Shown here: piece by piece, positions 11,560-22,058 of the stretch
How positions within the stretch are numbered: position 1 is the stretch's first letter
How the letters are laid out: each line of letters starts with the position of its first letter
Sequence record: NZ_CP128206.1
Strand: one strand, 5' to 3'
Length of the DNA stretch: 64,000 bases
From: a plasmid
Notes under the pieces: model-generated
Told to the model about the DNA's origin: nothing
The model's input: the letters and a program-made list of their open reading frames with translations, nothing else
The model's database searches: none
Made by a program: the position numbers and the translations under genes

Positions 11560-12001
11560 ATTGCTATGAATTCATGCTAGAACACCTGCTGTGCTTCAGT
11601 GTTGTCCGCATGGCTAAGGTGTTCAGGGTTTCTCGAAGTGGGTTTTATTATTGGATTAAGCATCGCCACAAGGCTATTCAACGCGAAGCAACTCGCCAAG
11701 AACTTGATACAAAGGTTAAAGATGCTTTTGACAACAGTAAGGGGAGAGATGGTTCAAGGCGCATCCAGAAAGAACAGTCTGAGAACGGTGATAGCCATGA
11801 TGTTAAAACCATTGCAGCCAGCATGAAGCGTCAGGATTTAACGCCGAAAGCGGCACGCAAGTTTAAGTGTACAACGGACAGCAAGCATAAGATGCCTGTA
11901 GCTCCGAACTTGCTAGCTCAGGACTTTAATGCAACGGCCCCGAATCAGAAATGGGCGGGAGATATCACGTATCTTGCCACAAGCGAAGGCTGGTTGTATT
12001 T
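11523..12001 (+). pseudogene. IS3-family orfB, 5' portion. The gene is split by the Tn3-family composite transposon.
   Basis: ...QKWAGDITYLATSEGWLYL stops at the IR at 12002. The matching C-terminal part [14 protein letters not shown]... begins at 32677. Confidence 0.8.
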
Positions 12002-15000
12002 GGGGTTCTAGGGATTTTCCCCTCTAAAGTAACATAGAATGCTACAGGCTTTGTATTATATAGCCTCCAGCTGTGGGTTACTTTCGTTTCCAAGCTTAAT
12101 CATCCACGATTGGCTTCGTAATTTCACTAATATCAGGCAATTTTCCGGTATTGGTGAAGTTATACGTCCCGCTTAAGTTGATATTTTGCCATGCAACGGG
12201 CGAAACAGCACGAGTGATAGCCGCTTTTTCTTCATCACCTGTCGCTTCAAAGTGTCCCAGAAGATGACTCAGTATCGCGGAGTTGAAGTAGATGAGCGCA
12301 TTGGCAAGCAATCTTGCGCATTCATTCCAGATAGCGATTTCAGACTCGTTTTTGCCACGGAACTGATCACCATTCACCGACGCAATGGCTCGTCTAAGGA
12401 AGTGCCATGCTTCTCCCCGGTTCAGGGCACGTTGCACATACTGCCGCAAACTGGCATCGTCGATGTAGTCAAGTAAATATTGCGCTTTAACCAGTCGATT
12501 ATACTCCGTCAGAGCCTGTAATATTGGGTGTCCAGAAGGGTAACCAGACAACTTTCTTACCAGCATTGCTTGTGTCGTCCGCTTTGTCTGAAGTGACAGA
12601 ACAATACGCCTGATATCTTGCCATCCCGTTGTAATAACATTCGTTCTGATAGGCTTCTTTAGCGCCAGTATGGTGCTGCCTTGTTCACTTTCAGTCACAT
12701 CAAACAGATCATTGATGACACTACTGAACTGCGCGTATCGCGGTGCAAAACTGTAACCGCATAGATCCAGTAAGGCGAAGTTAACATGATTGACACCGTG
12801 TGTATCTGTCGAGAGTACGTCAGGTTTGATTTCACTGCTGTTGGATTGTAACAGGTCATAAATATAGTGTGATTCGTGCTCGTTGGAACCGATGATCCGA
12901 GCATTGAGGGCGCTGTGGTTGGCCACCAGTGTCATGGCCGTGATCCCTTTGTTGGTGCCGAAATACTTAGAGGAGTACCGGGTTTTAAAGGTTTCCAGAT
13001 GGGTTTCGAATTTCTGACCATCCGCACTGGCATGCAGCTGGTCCTCCTGAATATGGTAGTGGCGGAAGATGGGTAGCGCTGCAACCGCATTATTGATCAC
13101 GTCGCTGGCGTCATGCAGCGTTTCAGGCCGGATATAGTTGGCCTGCACCGTACTCAGGTGTTCATAGCTTCGATCGGAGATCTGCGCCATGCCATACACA
13201 CCACGGTGAGTGGCGTTGGCAATCAGAATGGCCAGTAAATCATCCTGATGAGTGAACCCTTGTTTTTGTATCGGAAGTACATGAGTCAGACATTTCATGA
13301 ACCCGGTTTCGCGCTCTACATACCGCAGTACATCCGCGATACCGACCGGTTGCATTCGCTTAAAAAAGGGATTGTTGACCAGAGATGTAGCGCTTTTGGT
13401 CGGCAGACGCCAGCGGGTACCGGTACGATTTTTCATGATCACATTTCGATTGTCTCCCTCATCAATATGGAGAGCAACGTCTTTGAGTGCACTTTCCAGC
13501 CGGTGTTGTTTCTCCTGTAACAATAACTCTGCGGGCTGTTTTAGTCTGTCCAGTGTTGATGAGGCCAGCAAGGTATCCTGCGATGTCTGGGGGATCAGGT
13601 CGTCTTCCAGTGCGCGGTATTTGGTAACATTTGGCAAATAAATGCGTCCATTCAGTCGTGAGGTTAACTGCCGGTAGAGCAGCCATTCGTAACGTTGCGG
13701 GTTAACGTTATCCTGTTTAACCAACCATGGGAGGTGCTTTTTCGGGATGAGCGACGTATCCATCGTCTTCAGTGGTCCACCGAATGCGATTTCCGTCTGC
13801 ATCTGTTGAAGTTGGGCGACGACGGCTTCTGAGCCTTTACCGGCCTCACATTCAAGGCACAAGAACACCTGCCTTAACAGTTGCTCCAGGAGATTGCATT
13901 GTTCATCGTAATGTTGCCACTGGTACTCTTCCACGGTCCGTTTCTGTTTTTTCAGGTAAAGGCAGAGGGTCTGGATATCCCTGTCATTCATGACCTTCAA
14001 TGCCTGTTGTCTGACTACTGAGAAGGGTTGATTATCATCAATGTTCTCATCCACAAACAGATGCAGTAACTCTGCCGCTTTCGTGACATTGTCCGCGGCT
14101 GACTGCCAGGACAGGAACACTGCTTGTTGTGCAAAGGTGTTGGCAGCTTCTTGTTGCTTGCGGATATGGTAAATGAACCCATCAGTTAACCGTTCCAGTG
14201 CCAGTTGTATCCGCTCTGTCAGGTGACATAGCAACCATAGATGCTGCTGTGCGCGTTTGAATCGTTTGAGTTTACTACCGTAATAGTTGATGAGCTCACC
14301 GAAGTGTTGTCGATTTTTAAGAGACAGATTAAGCCCATCGATAACGCCATTGATTTGCGTGCGCCATGGCGCTAACTGATGATAAAGGGCAAGCTCTTTT
14401 TTAAGTTCAGGTACGGTCAGACTTTTTGCACCGCCTCTGAGCTGGTTCAGGCTTAGTCCGTCATCAATGGCTGTTATGCTGTCCAGAAAGACGTGAAGTT
14501 CAGGACTGGTGAGTTGATTAAGTTGGTGCGCCAGGTCTTTTCTGACCTGCTGCATCGCTCTGCTTATCAGTCTCTGGAGTACGGTGTACCTAGGGATAGC
14601 AATGCTGTGACTGGTTAGGAATTCAATAGCAGTATCAAAGAGGTAACGCGGCTCCAGCCAGGCATTGCCCACCTGAACAAGGTGGTCGAAAAGAGAATTG
14701 AAGTGCTGACTTTCGTCCCATTTGTGATAACCAGCAAGGTCTAATACTTTTGCGTAGAGTCGATCTTTTTGTTTTTGTGAGGGAGTGAATGGTCTGAGCC
14801 CCTTGCCGCCAAGCAGCTCTTTACTGATGAACATTAAATCCTTAGAAACCTGCGAGTAAGCGATATCTAGGATGACGGGCTTTGATTTGAAGTATCCCAA
14901 AATCGCGACAAAGTAACATCTATGAGCTCTGAGACGAATTGACCGAAAAACTGCCAATTCCGCATCGTTCAGAGAAAAGTACAGACGTTGTTCTTCGATT

Positions 15001-15213
15001 GAAAAAATGGGTGGGGAATAAAGATCTGCCTGTTCTGCTCTCGTGAGAATAGTAATTTCGTTTTTGATGGCCATATCAGGGCTGTTCCGTATTAAATGTA
15101 CGATATTTACCTAATTTGCCACACTTATAAGTAGTAACCCACCTCCGCAGCCATTTATTGGTGTGGTCTACAGAGGATTAAGTCTTTTTAGAGGGGAAAA
15201 TCCCTAGAACCCC
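12002..15213 (-). mobile_element. Tn3-family IS-like element, copy A. 3.2 kb, tnpA only, with 27-bp terminal IRs GGGGTTCTAGGGATTTTCCCCTCTAAA.
   Basis: IRs at 12002-12028 and 15187-15213. Intact 992-aa TnpA. No tnpR or res site visible. Confidence 0.8.
12096..15074 (-). CDS. tnpA: Tn3-family DDE transposase TnpA, intact
   Basis: 992 aa, the typical Tn3-family length. Confidence 0.85.
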   Translation of the reverse strand: MAIKNEITILTRAEQADLYSPPIFSIEEQRLYFSLNDAELAVFRSIRLRAHRCYFVAILGYFKSKPVILDIAYSQVSKDLMFISKELLGGKGLRPFTPSQKQKDRLYAKVLDLAGYHKWDESQHFNSLFDHLVQVGNAWLEPRYLFDTAIEFLTSHSIAIPRYTVLQRLISRAMQQVRKDLAHQLNQLTSPELHVFLDSITAIDDGLSLNQLRGGAKSLTVPELKKELALYHQLAPWRTQINGVIDGLNLSLKNRQHFGELINYYGSKLKRFKRAQQHLWLLCHLTERIQLALERLTDGFIYHIRKQQEAANTFAQQAVFLSWQSAADNVTKAAELLHLFVDENIDDNQPFSVVRQQALKVMNDRDIQTLCLYLKKQKRTVEEYQWQHYDEQCNLLEQLLRQVFLCLECEAGKGSEAVVAQLQQMQTEIAFGGPLKTMDTSLIPKKHLPWLVKQDNVNPQRYEWLLYRQLTSRLNGRIYLPNVTKYRALEDDLIPQTSQDTLLASSTLDRLKQPAELLLQEKQHRLESALKDVALHIDEGDNRNVIMKNRTGTRWRLPTKSATSLVNNPFFKRMQPVGIADVLRYVERETGFMKCLTHVLPIQKQGFTHQDDLLAILIANATHRGVYGMAQISDRSYEHLSTVQANYIRPETLHDASDVINNAVAALPIFRHYHIQEDQLHASADGQKFETHLETFKTRYSSKYFGTNKGITAMTLVANHSALNARIIGSNEHESHYIYDLLQSNSSEIKPDVLSTDTHGVNHVNFALLDLCGYSFAPRYAQFSSVINDLFDVTESEQGSTILALKKPIRTNVITTGWQDIRRIVLSLQTKRTTQAMLVRKLSGYPSGHPILQALTEYNRLVKAQYLLDYIDDASLRQYVQRALNRGEAWHFLRRAIASVNGDQFRGKNESEIAIWNECARLLANALIYFNSAILSHLLGHFEATGDEEKAAITRAVSPVAWQNINLSGTYNFTNTGKLPDISEITKPIVDD

Positions 15214-15544
15214 ATCTCCAAACATATCAAGCGTGTCTGTATCCCACTCTATTGTAAACAAGACATTTTTATCTTTTATATTCAATGGCTTATTTTCCTG
15301 CTAATTGGTAATACCATGAAAAATACCATGCTCAGAAAAGGCTTAACAATATTTTGAAAAATTGCCTACTGAGCGCTGCCGCACAGCTCCATAGGCCGCT
15401 TTCCTGGCTTTGCTTCCAGATGTATGCTATTCTGCTCCTGCAGCTAATGGATCACCGCAAACAGGTTACTCGCCTGGGGATTCCCTTTCGACCCGAGCAT
15501 CCGTATGAGACTCATGCTCGATTATTATTATTATAGAAGCCCCC

Positions 15545-16360
15545 ATGAATAAATCGCTCATCATTTTCGGCATCGTCAACATAACCTCGGACAGTTTCTC
15601 CGATGGAGGCCGGTATCTGGCGCCAGACGCAGCCATTGCGCAGGCGCGTAAGCTGATGGCCGAGGGGGCAGATGTGATCGACCTCGGTCCGGCATCCAGC
15701 AATCCCGACGCCGCGCCTGTTTCGTCCGACACAGAAATCGCGCGTATCGCGCCGGTGCTGGACGCGCTCAAGGCAGATGGCATTCCCGTCTCGCTCGACA
15801 GTTATCAACCCGCGACGCAAGCCTATGCCTTGTCGCGTGGTGTAGCCTATCTCAATGATATTCGCGGTTTTCCAGACGCTGCGTTCTATCCGCAATTGGC
15901 GAAATCATCTGCCAAACTCGTCGTTATGCATTCGGTGCAAGACGGGCAGGCAGATCGGCGCGAGGCACCCGCTGGCGACATCATGGATCACATTGCGGCG
16001 TTCTTTGACGCGCGCATCGCGGCGCTGACGGGTGCCGGTATCAAACGCAACCGCCTTGTCCTTGATCCCGGCATGGGGTTTTTTCTGGGGGCTGCTCCCG
16101 AAACCTCGCTCTCGGTGCTGGCGCGGTTCGATGAATTGCGGCTGCGCTTCGATTTGCCGGTGCTTCTGTCTGTTTCGCGCAAATCCTTTCTGCGCGCGCT
16201 CACAGGCCGTGGTCCGGGGGATGTCGGGGCCGCGACACTCGCTGCAGAGCTTGCCGCCGCCGCAGGTGGAGCTGACTTCATCCGCACACACGAGCCGCGC
16301 CCCTTGCGCGACGGGCTGGCGGTATTGGCGGCGCTGAAAGAAACCGCAAGAATTCGTTAA
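15545..16360 (+). CDS. sul2: Sulfonamide-resistant dihydropteroate synthase Sul2
   Basis: 271 aa, MNKSLIIFGIVNITSDSFSDGG... Recognised Sul2 sequence. High-GC context. Confidence 0.95.
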   Translation: MNKSLIIFGIVNITSDSFSDGGRYLAPDAAIAQARKLMAEGADVIDLGPASSNPDAAPVSSDTEIARIAPVLDALKADGIPVSLDSYQPATQAYALSRGVAYLNDIRGFPDAAFYPQLAKSSAKLVVMHSVQDGQADRREAPAGDIMDHIAAFFDARIAALTGAGIKRNRLVLDPGMGFFLGAAPETSLSVLARFDELRLRFDLPVLLSVSRKSFLRALTGRGPGDVGAATLAAELAAAAGGADFIRTHEPRPLRDGLAVLAALKETARIR

Positions 16361-16420
16361 CTGCACATTCGGGATATTTCTCTATATTCGCGCTTCATCA
16401 GAAAACTGAAGGAACCTCCA

Positions 16421-17224
16421 TTGAATCGAACTAATATTTTTTTTGGTGAATCGCATTCTGACTGGTTGCCTGTCAGAGGCGGAGAATCTGGTGATTTTGT
16501 TTTTCGACGTGGTGACGGGCATGCCTTCGCGAAAATCGCACCTGCTTCCCGCCGCGGTGAGCTCGCTGGAGAGCGTGACCGCCTCATTTGGCTCAAAGGT
16601 CGAGGTGTGGCTTGCCCCGAGGTGATCAACTGGCAGGAGGAACAGGAGGGTGCATGCTTGGTGATAACGGCAATTCCGGGAGTACCGGCGGCTGATCTGT
16701 CTGGAGCGGATTTGCTCAAAGCGTGGCCGTCAATGGGGCAGCAACTTGGCGCTGTTCACAGCCTATCGGTTGATCAATGTCCGTTTGAGCGCAGGCTGTC
16801 GCGAATGTTCGGACGCGCCGTTGATGTGGTGTCCCGCAATGCCGTCAATCCCGACTTCTTACCGGACGAGGACAAGAGTACGCCGCAGCTCGATCTTTTG
16901 GCTCGTGTCGAACGAGAGCTACCGGTGCGGCTCGACCAAGAGCGCACCGATATGGTTGTTTGCCATGGTGATCCCTGCATGCCGAACTTCATGGTGGACC
17001 CTAAAACTCTTCAATGCACGGGTCTGATCGACCTTGGGCGGCTCGGAACAGCAGATCGCTATGCCGATTTGGCACTCATGATTGCTAACGCCGAAGAGAA
17101 CTGGGCAGCGCCAGATGAAGCAGAGCGCGCCTTCGCTGTCCTATTCAATGTATTGGGGATCGAAGCCCCCGACCGCGAACGCCTTGCCTTCTATCTGCGA
17201 TTGGACCCTCTGACTTGGGGTTGA
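16421..17224 (+). CDS. strA: Aminoglycoside 3''-phosphotransferase APH(3'')-Ib
   Basis: 267 aa, MNRTNIFFGESHSDWLPV... Overlaps the strB start (TGATG). Confidence 0.95.
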   Translation: MNRTNIFFGESHSDWLPVRGGESGDFVFRRGDGHAFAKIAPASRRGELAGERDRLIWLKGRGVACPEVINWQEEQEGACLVITAIPGVPAADLSGADLLKAWPSMGQQLGAVHSLSVDQCPFERRLSRMFGRAVDVVSRNAVNPDFLPDEDKSTPQLDLLARVERELPVRLDQERTDMVVCHGDPCMPNFMVDPKTLQCTGLIDLGRLGTADRYADLALMIANAEENWAAPDEAERAFAVLFNVLGIEAPDRERLAFYLRLDPLTWG

Positions 17225-18060
17225 TGTTCATGCCGCCTGTTTTTCCTGCTCATTGGCACGTTTCGCAACCTGTTCTCATTGCGGACACCTTTTCCAGCCT
17301 CGTTTGGAAAGTTTCATTGCCAGACGGGACTCCTGCAATCGTCAAGGGATTGAAACCTATAGAAGACATTGCTGATGAACTGCGCGGGGCCGACTATCTG
17401 GTATGGCGCAATGGGAGGGGAGCAGTCCGGTTGCTCGGTCGTGAGAACAATCTGATGTTGCTCGAATATGCCGGGGAGCGAATGCTCTCTCACATCGTTG
17501 CCGAGCACGGCGACTACCAGGCGACCGAAATTGCAGCGGAACTAATGGCGAAGCTGTATGCCGCATCTGAGGAACCCCTGCCTTCTGCCCTTCTCCCGAT
17601 CCGGGATCGCTTTGCAGCTTTGTTTCAGCGGGCGCGCGATGATCAAAACGCAGGTTGTCAAACTGACTACGTCCACGCGGCGATTATAGCCGATCAAATG
17701 ATGAGCAATGCCTCGGAACTGCGTGGGCTACATGGCGATCTGCATCATGAAAACATCATGTTCTCCAGTCGCGGCTGGCTGGTGATAGATCCCGTCGGTC
17801 TGGTCGGTGAAGTGGGCTTTGGCGCCGCCAATATGTTCTACGATCCGGCTGACAGAGACGACCTTTGTCTCGATCCTAGACGCATTGCACAGATGGCGGA
17901 CGCATTCTCTCGTGCGCTGGACGTCGATCCGCGTCGCCTGCTCGACCAGGCGTACGCTTATGGGTGCCTTTCCGCAGCTTGGAACGCGGATGGAGAAGAG
18001 GAGCAACGCGATCTAGCTATCGCGGCCGCGATCAAGCAGGTGCGACAGACGTCATACTAG
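17224..18060 (+). CDS. strB: Aminoglycoside 6-phosphotransferase APH(6)-Id, full length
   Basis: MFMPPVFPAHWHVSQPVLIADTF... ending ...IKQVRQTSY. The ORF track shows an upstream TTG extension. Confidence 0.95.
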   Translation: MFMPPVFPAHWHVSQPVLIADTFSSLVWKVSLPDGTPAIVKGLKPIEDIADELRGADYLVWRNGRGAVRLLGRENNLMLLEYAGERMLSHIVAEHGDYQATEIAAELMAKLYAASEEPLPSALLPIRDRFAALFQRARDDQNAGCQTDYVHAAIIADQMMSNASELRGLHGDLHHENIMFSSRGWLVIDPVGLVGEVGFGAANMFYDPADRDDLCLDPRRIAQMADAFSRALDVDPRRLLDQAYAYGCLSAAWNADGEEEQRDLAIAAAIKQVRQTSY

Positions 18061-18083
18061 ATATCAAGCGACTTCTCCTATCC

Positions 18084-18160
18084 CCTGGGAACACATCAAT
18101 CTTACCGGAGAATATCGTTGGCCAAAGCCTTAGCGTAGGATTTCGCCCTCTCCCGCAAAC
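18084..18160. repeat. Tn5393-type terminal inverted-repeat remnant downstream of strB
   Basis: The sequence CCTGGGAACACATCAATCTTACCGGAGAATATCGTTGGCCAAAGCCTTAGCGTAGGATT is recognised from memory as the Tn5393 IR. The same sequence follows strB copy 2 and there is cut by ISCR2. Confidence 0.5.
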
Positions 18161-18164
18161 GACC

Positions 18165-18683
18165 CCTATTTGCGGAACTGCGGGCGTGGCGCTGTTGGTG
18201 TTGACACCAAACGCAGCGCTAGATCCTGTCGGCGTCGCAGCGGGCCTGGCGGGGGCGGTTTCCATGGCGTTCGGAACCGTGCTGACCCGCAAGTGGCAAC
18301 CTCCCGTGCCTCTGCTCACCTTTACCGCCTGGCAACTGGCGGCCGGAGGACTTCTGCTCGTTCCAGTAGCTTTAGTGTTTGATCCGCCAATCCCGATGCC
18401 TACAGGAACCAATGTTCTCGGCCTGGCGTGGCTCGGCCTGATCGGAGCGGGTTTAACCTACTTCCTTTGGTTCCGGGGGATCTCGCGACTCGAACCTACA
18501 GTTGTTTCCTTACTGGGCTTTCTCAGCCCGGGGACCGCCGTGTTGCTAGGATGGTTGTTCTTGGATCAGACGCTGAGTGCGCTTCAAATCATCGGCGTCC
18601 TGCTCGTGATCGGGAGTATCTGGCTGGGCCAACGTTCCAACCGCACTCCTAGGGCGCGTATAGCTTGCCGGAAGTCGCCTTGA
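18165..18683 (+). pseudogene. pecM: pecM-like EamA-family transporter gene, 5'-truncated
   Basis: C-terminal about 170 aa of a DMT/EamA protein. It matches pecM associated with tet(A) in Tn1721-type modules. Confidence 0.65.
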
Positions 18684-18714
18684 CCCGCATGGCATAGGCC
18701 TATCGTTTCCACGA

Positions 18715-19914
18715 TCAGCGATCGGCTCGTTGCCCTGCGCCGCTCCAAAGCCCGCGACGCAGCGCCGGCAGGCAGAGCAAGTAGAGGGCAGCGCCTGCAA
18801 TCCATGCCCACCCGTTCCACGTTGTTATAGAAGCCGCATAGATCGCCGTGAAGAGGAGGGGTCCGACGATCGAGGTCAGGCTGGTGAGCGCCGCCAGTGA
18901 GCCTTGCAGCTGCCCCTGACGTTCCTCATCCACCTGCCTGGACAACATTGTTTGCAGCGCCGGCATTCCGATGCCACCCGAAGCAAGCAGGACCATGATC
19001 GGGAACGCCATCCATCCCCGTGTCGCGAAGGCAAGCAGGATGTAGCCTGTGCCGTCGGCAATCATTCCGAGCATGAGTGCCCGCCTTTCGCCGAGCCGGG
19101 CGGCTACAGGGCCGGTGATCATTGCCTGGGCGAGTGAATGCAGAATGCCAAATGCGGCAAGCGAAATGCCGATCGTGGTCGCGTCCCAGTGAAAGCGATC
19201 CTCGCCGAAAATGACCCAAAGCGCGGCCGGCACCTGTCCGACAAGTTGCATGATGAAGAAGACCGCCATCAGGGCGGCGACGACGGTCATGCCCCGGGCC
19301 CACCGGAACGAAGCGAGCGGGTTGAGAGCCTCCCGGCGTAACGGCCGGCGTTCGCCTTTGTGCGACTCCGGCAAAAGGAAACAGCCCGTCAGGAAATTGA
19401 GGCCGTTCAAGGCTGCCGCGGCGAAGAACGGAGCGTGGGGGGAGAAACCGCCCATCAGCCCACCGAGCACAGGTCCCGCGACCATCCCGAACCCGAAACA
19501 GGCGCTCATGAAGCCGAAGTGCCGCGCGCGCTCATCGCCATCAGTGATATCGGCAATATAAGCGCCGGCTACCGCCCCAGTCGCCCCGGTGATGCCGGCC
19601 ACGATCCGCCCGATATAGAGAACCCAAAGGAAAGGCGCTGTCGCCATGATGGCGTAGTCGACAGTGGCGCCGGCCAGCGAGACGAGCAAGATTGGCCGCC
19701 GCCCGAAACGATCCGACAGCGCGCCCAGCACAGGTGCGCAGGCAAATTGCACCAACGCATACAGCGCCAGCAGAATGCCATAGTGGGCGGTGACGTCGTT
19801 CGAGTGAACCAGATCGCGCAGGAGGCCCGGCAGCACCGGCATAATCAGGCCGATGCCGACAGCGTCGAGCGCGACAGTGCTCAGAATTACGATCAGGGGT
19901 CTGTTGGGTTTCAC
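18715..19914 (-). CDS. tet(A): Tetracycline efflux MFS transporter Tet(A)
   Basis: MKPNRPLIVILSTVALDAVGIGLIMPVLPGLLRDL... Recognised class A TetA, 399 aa. The ORF-track extension to 19989 is upstream read-through. Confidence 0.95.
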   Translation of the reverse strand: MKPNRPLIVILSTVALDAVGIGLIMPVLPGLLRDLVHSNDVTAHYGILLALYALVQFACAPVLGALSDRFGRRPILLVSLAGATVDYAIMATAPFLWVLYIGRIVAGITGATGAVAGAYIADITDGDERARHFGFMSACFGFGMVAGPVLGGLMGGFSPHAPFFAAAALNGLNFLTGCFLLPESHKGERRPLRREALNPLASFRWARGMTVVAALMAVFFIMQLVGQVPAALWVIFGEDRFHWDATTIGISLAAFGILHSLAQAMITGPVAARLGERRALMLGMIADGTGYILLAFATRGWMAFPIMVLLASGGIGMPALQTMLSRQVDEERQGQLQGSLAALTSLTSIVGPLLFTAIYAASITTWNGWAWIAGAALYLLCLPALRRGLWSGAGQRADR

Positions 19915-19940
19915 GTCTGGCCTCCGGACCAGCCTCCGCT

Positions 19941-19998
19941 GGTCCGATTGAACGCGCGGATTCTTTATCACTGATAAGTTGGTGGACATATTATGTTT
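19941..19998. promoter_or_regulatory. tet(A)/tetR divergent promoter region with two tetO palindromes
   Basis: TTTATCACTGATAAG and TTTATCAGTGATAAAG palindromes lie between the divergent tetA and tetR starts. Confidence 0.8.
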
Positions 19999-20019
19999 AT
20001 CAGTGATAAAGTGTCAAGC

Positions 20020-20670
20020 ATGACAAAGTTGCAGCCGAATACAGTGATCCGTGCCGCCCTGGACCTGTTGAACGAGGTCGGCGTAGACGGTCTGACGACA
20101 CGCAAACTGGCGGAACGGTTGGGGGTTCAGCAGCCGGCGCTTTACTGGCACTTCAGGAACAAGCGGGCGCTGCTCGACGCACTGGCCGAAGCCATGCTGG
20201 CGGAGAATCATACGCATTCGGTGCCGAGAGCCGACGACGACTGGCGCTCATTTCTGATCGGGAATGCCCGCAGCTTCAGGCAGGCGCTGCTCGCCTACCG
20301 CGATGGCGCGCGCATCCATGCCGGCACGCGACCGGGCGCACCGCAGATGGAAACGGCCGACGCGCAGCTTCGCTTCCTCTGCGAGGCGGGTTTTTCGGCC
20401 GGGGACGCCGTCAATGCGCTGATGACAATCAGCTACTTCACTGTTGGGGCCGTGCTTGAGGAGCAGGCCGGCGACAGCGATGCCGGCGAGCGCGGCGGCA
20501 CCGTTGAACAGGCTCCGCTCTCGCCGCTGTTGCGGGCCGCGATAGACGCCTTCGACGAAGCCGGTCCGGACGCAGCGTTCGAGCAGGGACTCGCGGTGAT
20601 TGTCGATGGATTGGCGAAAAGGAGGCTCGTTGTCAGGAACGTTGAAGGACCGAGAAAGGGTGACGATTGA
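20020..20670 (+). CDS. tetR: Tetracycline repressor TetR, class A
   Basis: MTKLQPNTVIRAALDLLNEVGVDGLTTRKLAERLGVQQPALYWHF... Confidence 0.95.
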   Translation: MTKLQPNTVIRAALDLLNEVGVDGLTTRKLAERLGVQQPALYWHFRNKRALLDALAEAMLAENHTHSVPRADDDWRSFLIGNARSFRQALLAYRDGARIHAGTRPGAPQMETADAQLRFLCEAGFSAGDAVNALMTISYFTVGAVLEEQAGDSDAGERGGTVEQAPLSPLLRAAIDAFDEAGPDAAFEQGLAVIVDGLAKRRLVVRNVEGPRKGDD

Positions 20671-20756
20671 TCAGGACCGCTGCCGGAGCGCAACCCACTC
20701 ACTACAGCAGAGCCATGTAGACAACATCCCCTCCCCCTTTCCACCGCGTCAGACGC

Positions 20757-20787
20757 CCGTAGCAGCCCGCTACGGGCTTTTTCATGC
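20757..20787 (+). terminator. Rho-independent terminator downstream of tetR
   Basis: GCCCGTAGC-AGCC-GCTACGGGC followed by TTTTT. Confidence 0.6.
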
Positions 20788-20842
20788 CCTGCCCTAGCGT
20801 CCAAGCCTCACGGCCGCGCTCGGCCTCTCTGGCGAGGCGGAT

Positions 20843-21127
20843 GTGACGCGGGTGCGCTTCGTGAAATCAGCCCAGCGGCTCGGATTCAGCCTCGACGAGA
20901 TCGCAGAGCTGCTGAGGCTGGATGACGGCACCCACTGCGAGGAAGCCAGCAGCCTGGCCGAGCACAAGCTTCAGGACGTGCGCGAAAAAATGACCGACCT
21001 GGCGCGCATGGAAACCGTGCTATCCGAACTTGTGTTCGCCTGCCATGCGCGGCAAGGGAACGTTTCTTGCCCGCTGATTGCTTCGCTGCAAGGGGAGAAA
21101 GAGCCGCGTGGTGCCGACGCGGTGTAG
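20843..21127 (+). pseudogene. merR: merR 3' fragment (Tn21-type mercury-resistance regulator, C-terminal about 95 aa)
   Basis: [50 protein letters not shown]...CPLIASLQG matches the Tn21 MerR C-terminus, including the metal-binding Cys residues. Confidence 0.8.
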
Positions 21128-21140
21128 CCGAGGGTAGTTA

Positions 21141-21178
21141 CGCCTTAGCGTGCTTTATTTTCCGTTTTCTGAGACGAC
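21141..21178. repeat. Tn21/Tn1721-family 38-bp terminal inverted repeat (the IRmer-type end next to merR)
   Basis: CTTAGCGTGCTTTATTTTCCGTTTTCTGAGACGACCCC is the reverse complement of GGGGTCGTCTCAGAAAACGGAAAATAAAGCACGCTAAG. Confidence 0.85.
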
Positions 21179-21973
21179 CCCTTCATGCCGCCTGTTTTTC
21201 CTGCTCATTGGCACGTTTCGCAACCTGTTCTCATTGCGGACACCTTTTCCAGCCTCGTTTGGAAAGTTTCATTGCCAGACGGGACTCCTGCAATCGTCAA
21301 GGGATTGAAACCTATAGAAGACATTGCTGATGAACTGCGCGGGGCCGACTATCTGGTATGGCGCAATGGGAGGGGAGCAGTCCGGTTGCTCGGTCGTGAG
21401 AACAATCTGATGTTGCTCGAATATGCCGGGGAGCGAATGCTCTCTCACATCGTTGCCGAGCACGGCGACTACCAGGCGACCGAAATTGCAGCGGAACTAA
21501 TGGCGAAGCTGTATGCCGCATCTGAGGAACCCCTGCCTTCTGCCCTTCTCCCGATCCGGGATCGCTTTGCAGCTTTGTTTCAGCGGGCGCGCGATGATCA
21601 AAACGCAGGTTGTCAAACTGACTACGTCCACGCGGCGATTATAGCCGATCAAATGATGAGCAATGCCTCGGAACTGCGTGGGCTACATGGCGATCTGCAT
21701 CATGAAAACATCATGTTCTCCAGTCGCGGCTGGCTGGTGATAGATCCCGTCGGTCTGGTCGGTGAAGTGGGCTTTGGCGCCGCCAATATGTTCTACGATC
21801 CGGCTGACAGAGACGACCTTTGTCTCGATCCTAGACGCATTGCACAGATGGCGGACGCATTCTCTCGTGCGCTGGACGTCGATCCGCGTCGCCTGCTCGA
21901 CCAGGCGTACGCTTATATGGGTGCCTTTCCGCAGCTTGGAACGCGGATGGAGAAGAGGAGCAACGCGATCTAG
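21179..21973 (+). pseudogene. strB: strB, second copy. Its first codon is removed by the Tn21-type IR, and it is frameshifted by a 2-bp AT insertion near the 3' end.
   Basis: 21179-21915 is identical to 17227-17962. At 21913 the sequence is GCTTATATGGGTGCC versus GCTTATGGGTGCC in copy 1. The C-terminus therefore changes to ...YAYMGAFPQLGTRMEKRSNAI. Confidence 0.85.
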
Positions 21974-22058
21974 CTATCGCGGCCGCGATCAAGCAGGTGC
22001 GACAGACGTCATACTAGATATCAAGCGACTTCTCCTATCCCCTGGGAACACATCAATC

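Larger units (their letters stand above)
11216..12001 (+). mobile_element. IS3-family element, left part (IRL, orfA, 5' part of orfB), interrupted at 12002 by the composite transposon
   Basis: IRL TGATCCGCACCAGCAGTTTTGGACACTGAGTTAAG matches the reverse complement of the right end TGATCTGCTCCAGCCAGACTGGACACTTCATTAAG (33100-33134). The orfB reading frame resumes at 32677. Confidence 0.8.

Noticed and set aside
15466-16366. Many 60-150-aa ORFs overlapping sul2, strA, strB, tetA, floR and ISCR2 on both strands
   Set aside because: High GC content suppresses stop codons. All of these ORFs are antisense or out-of-frame shadows of well-recognised resistance genes.
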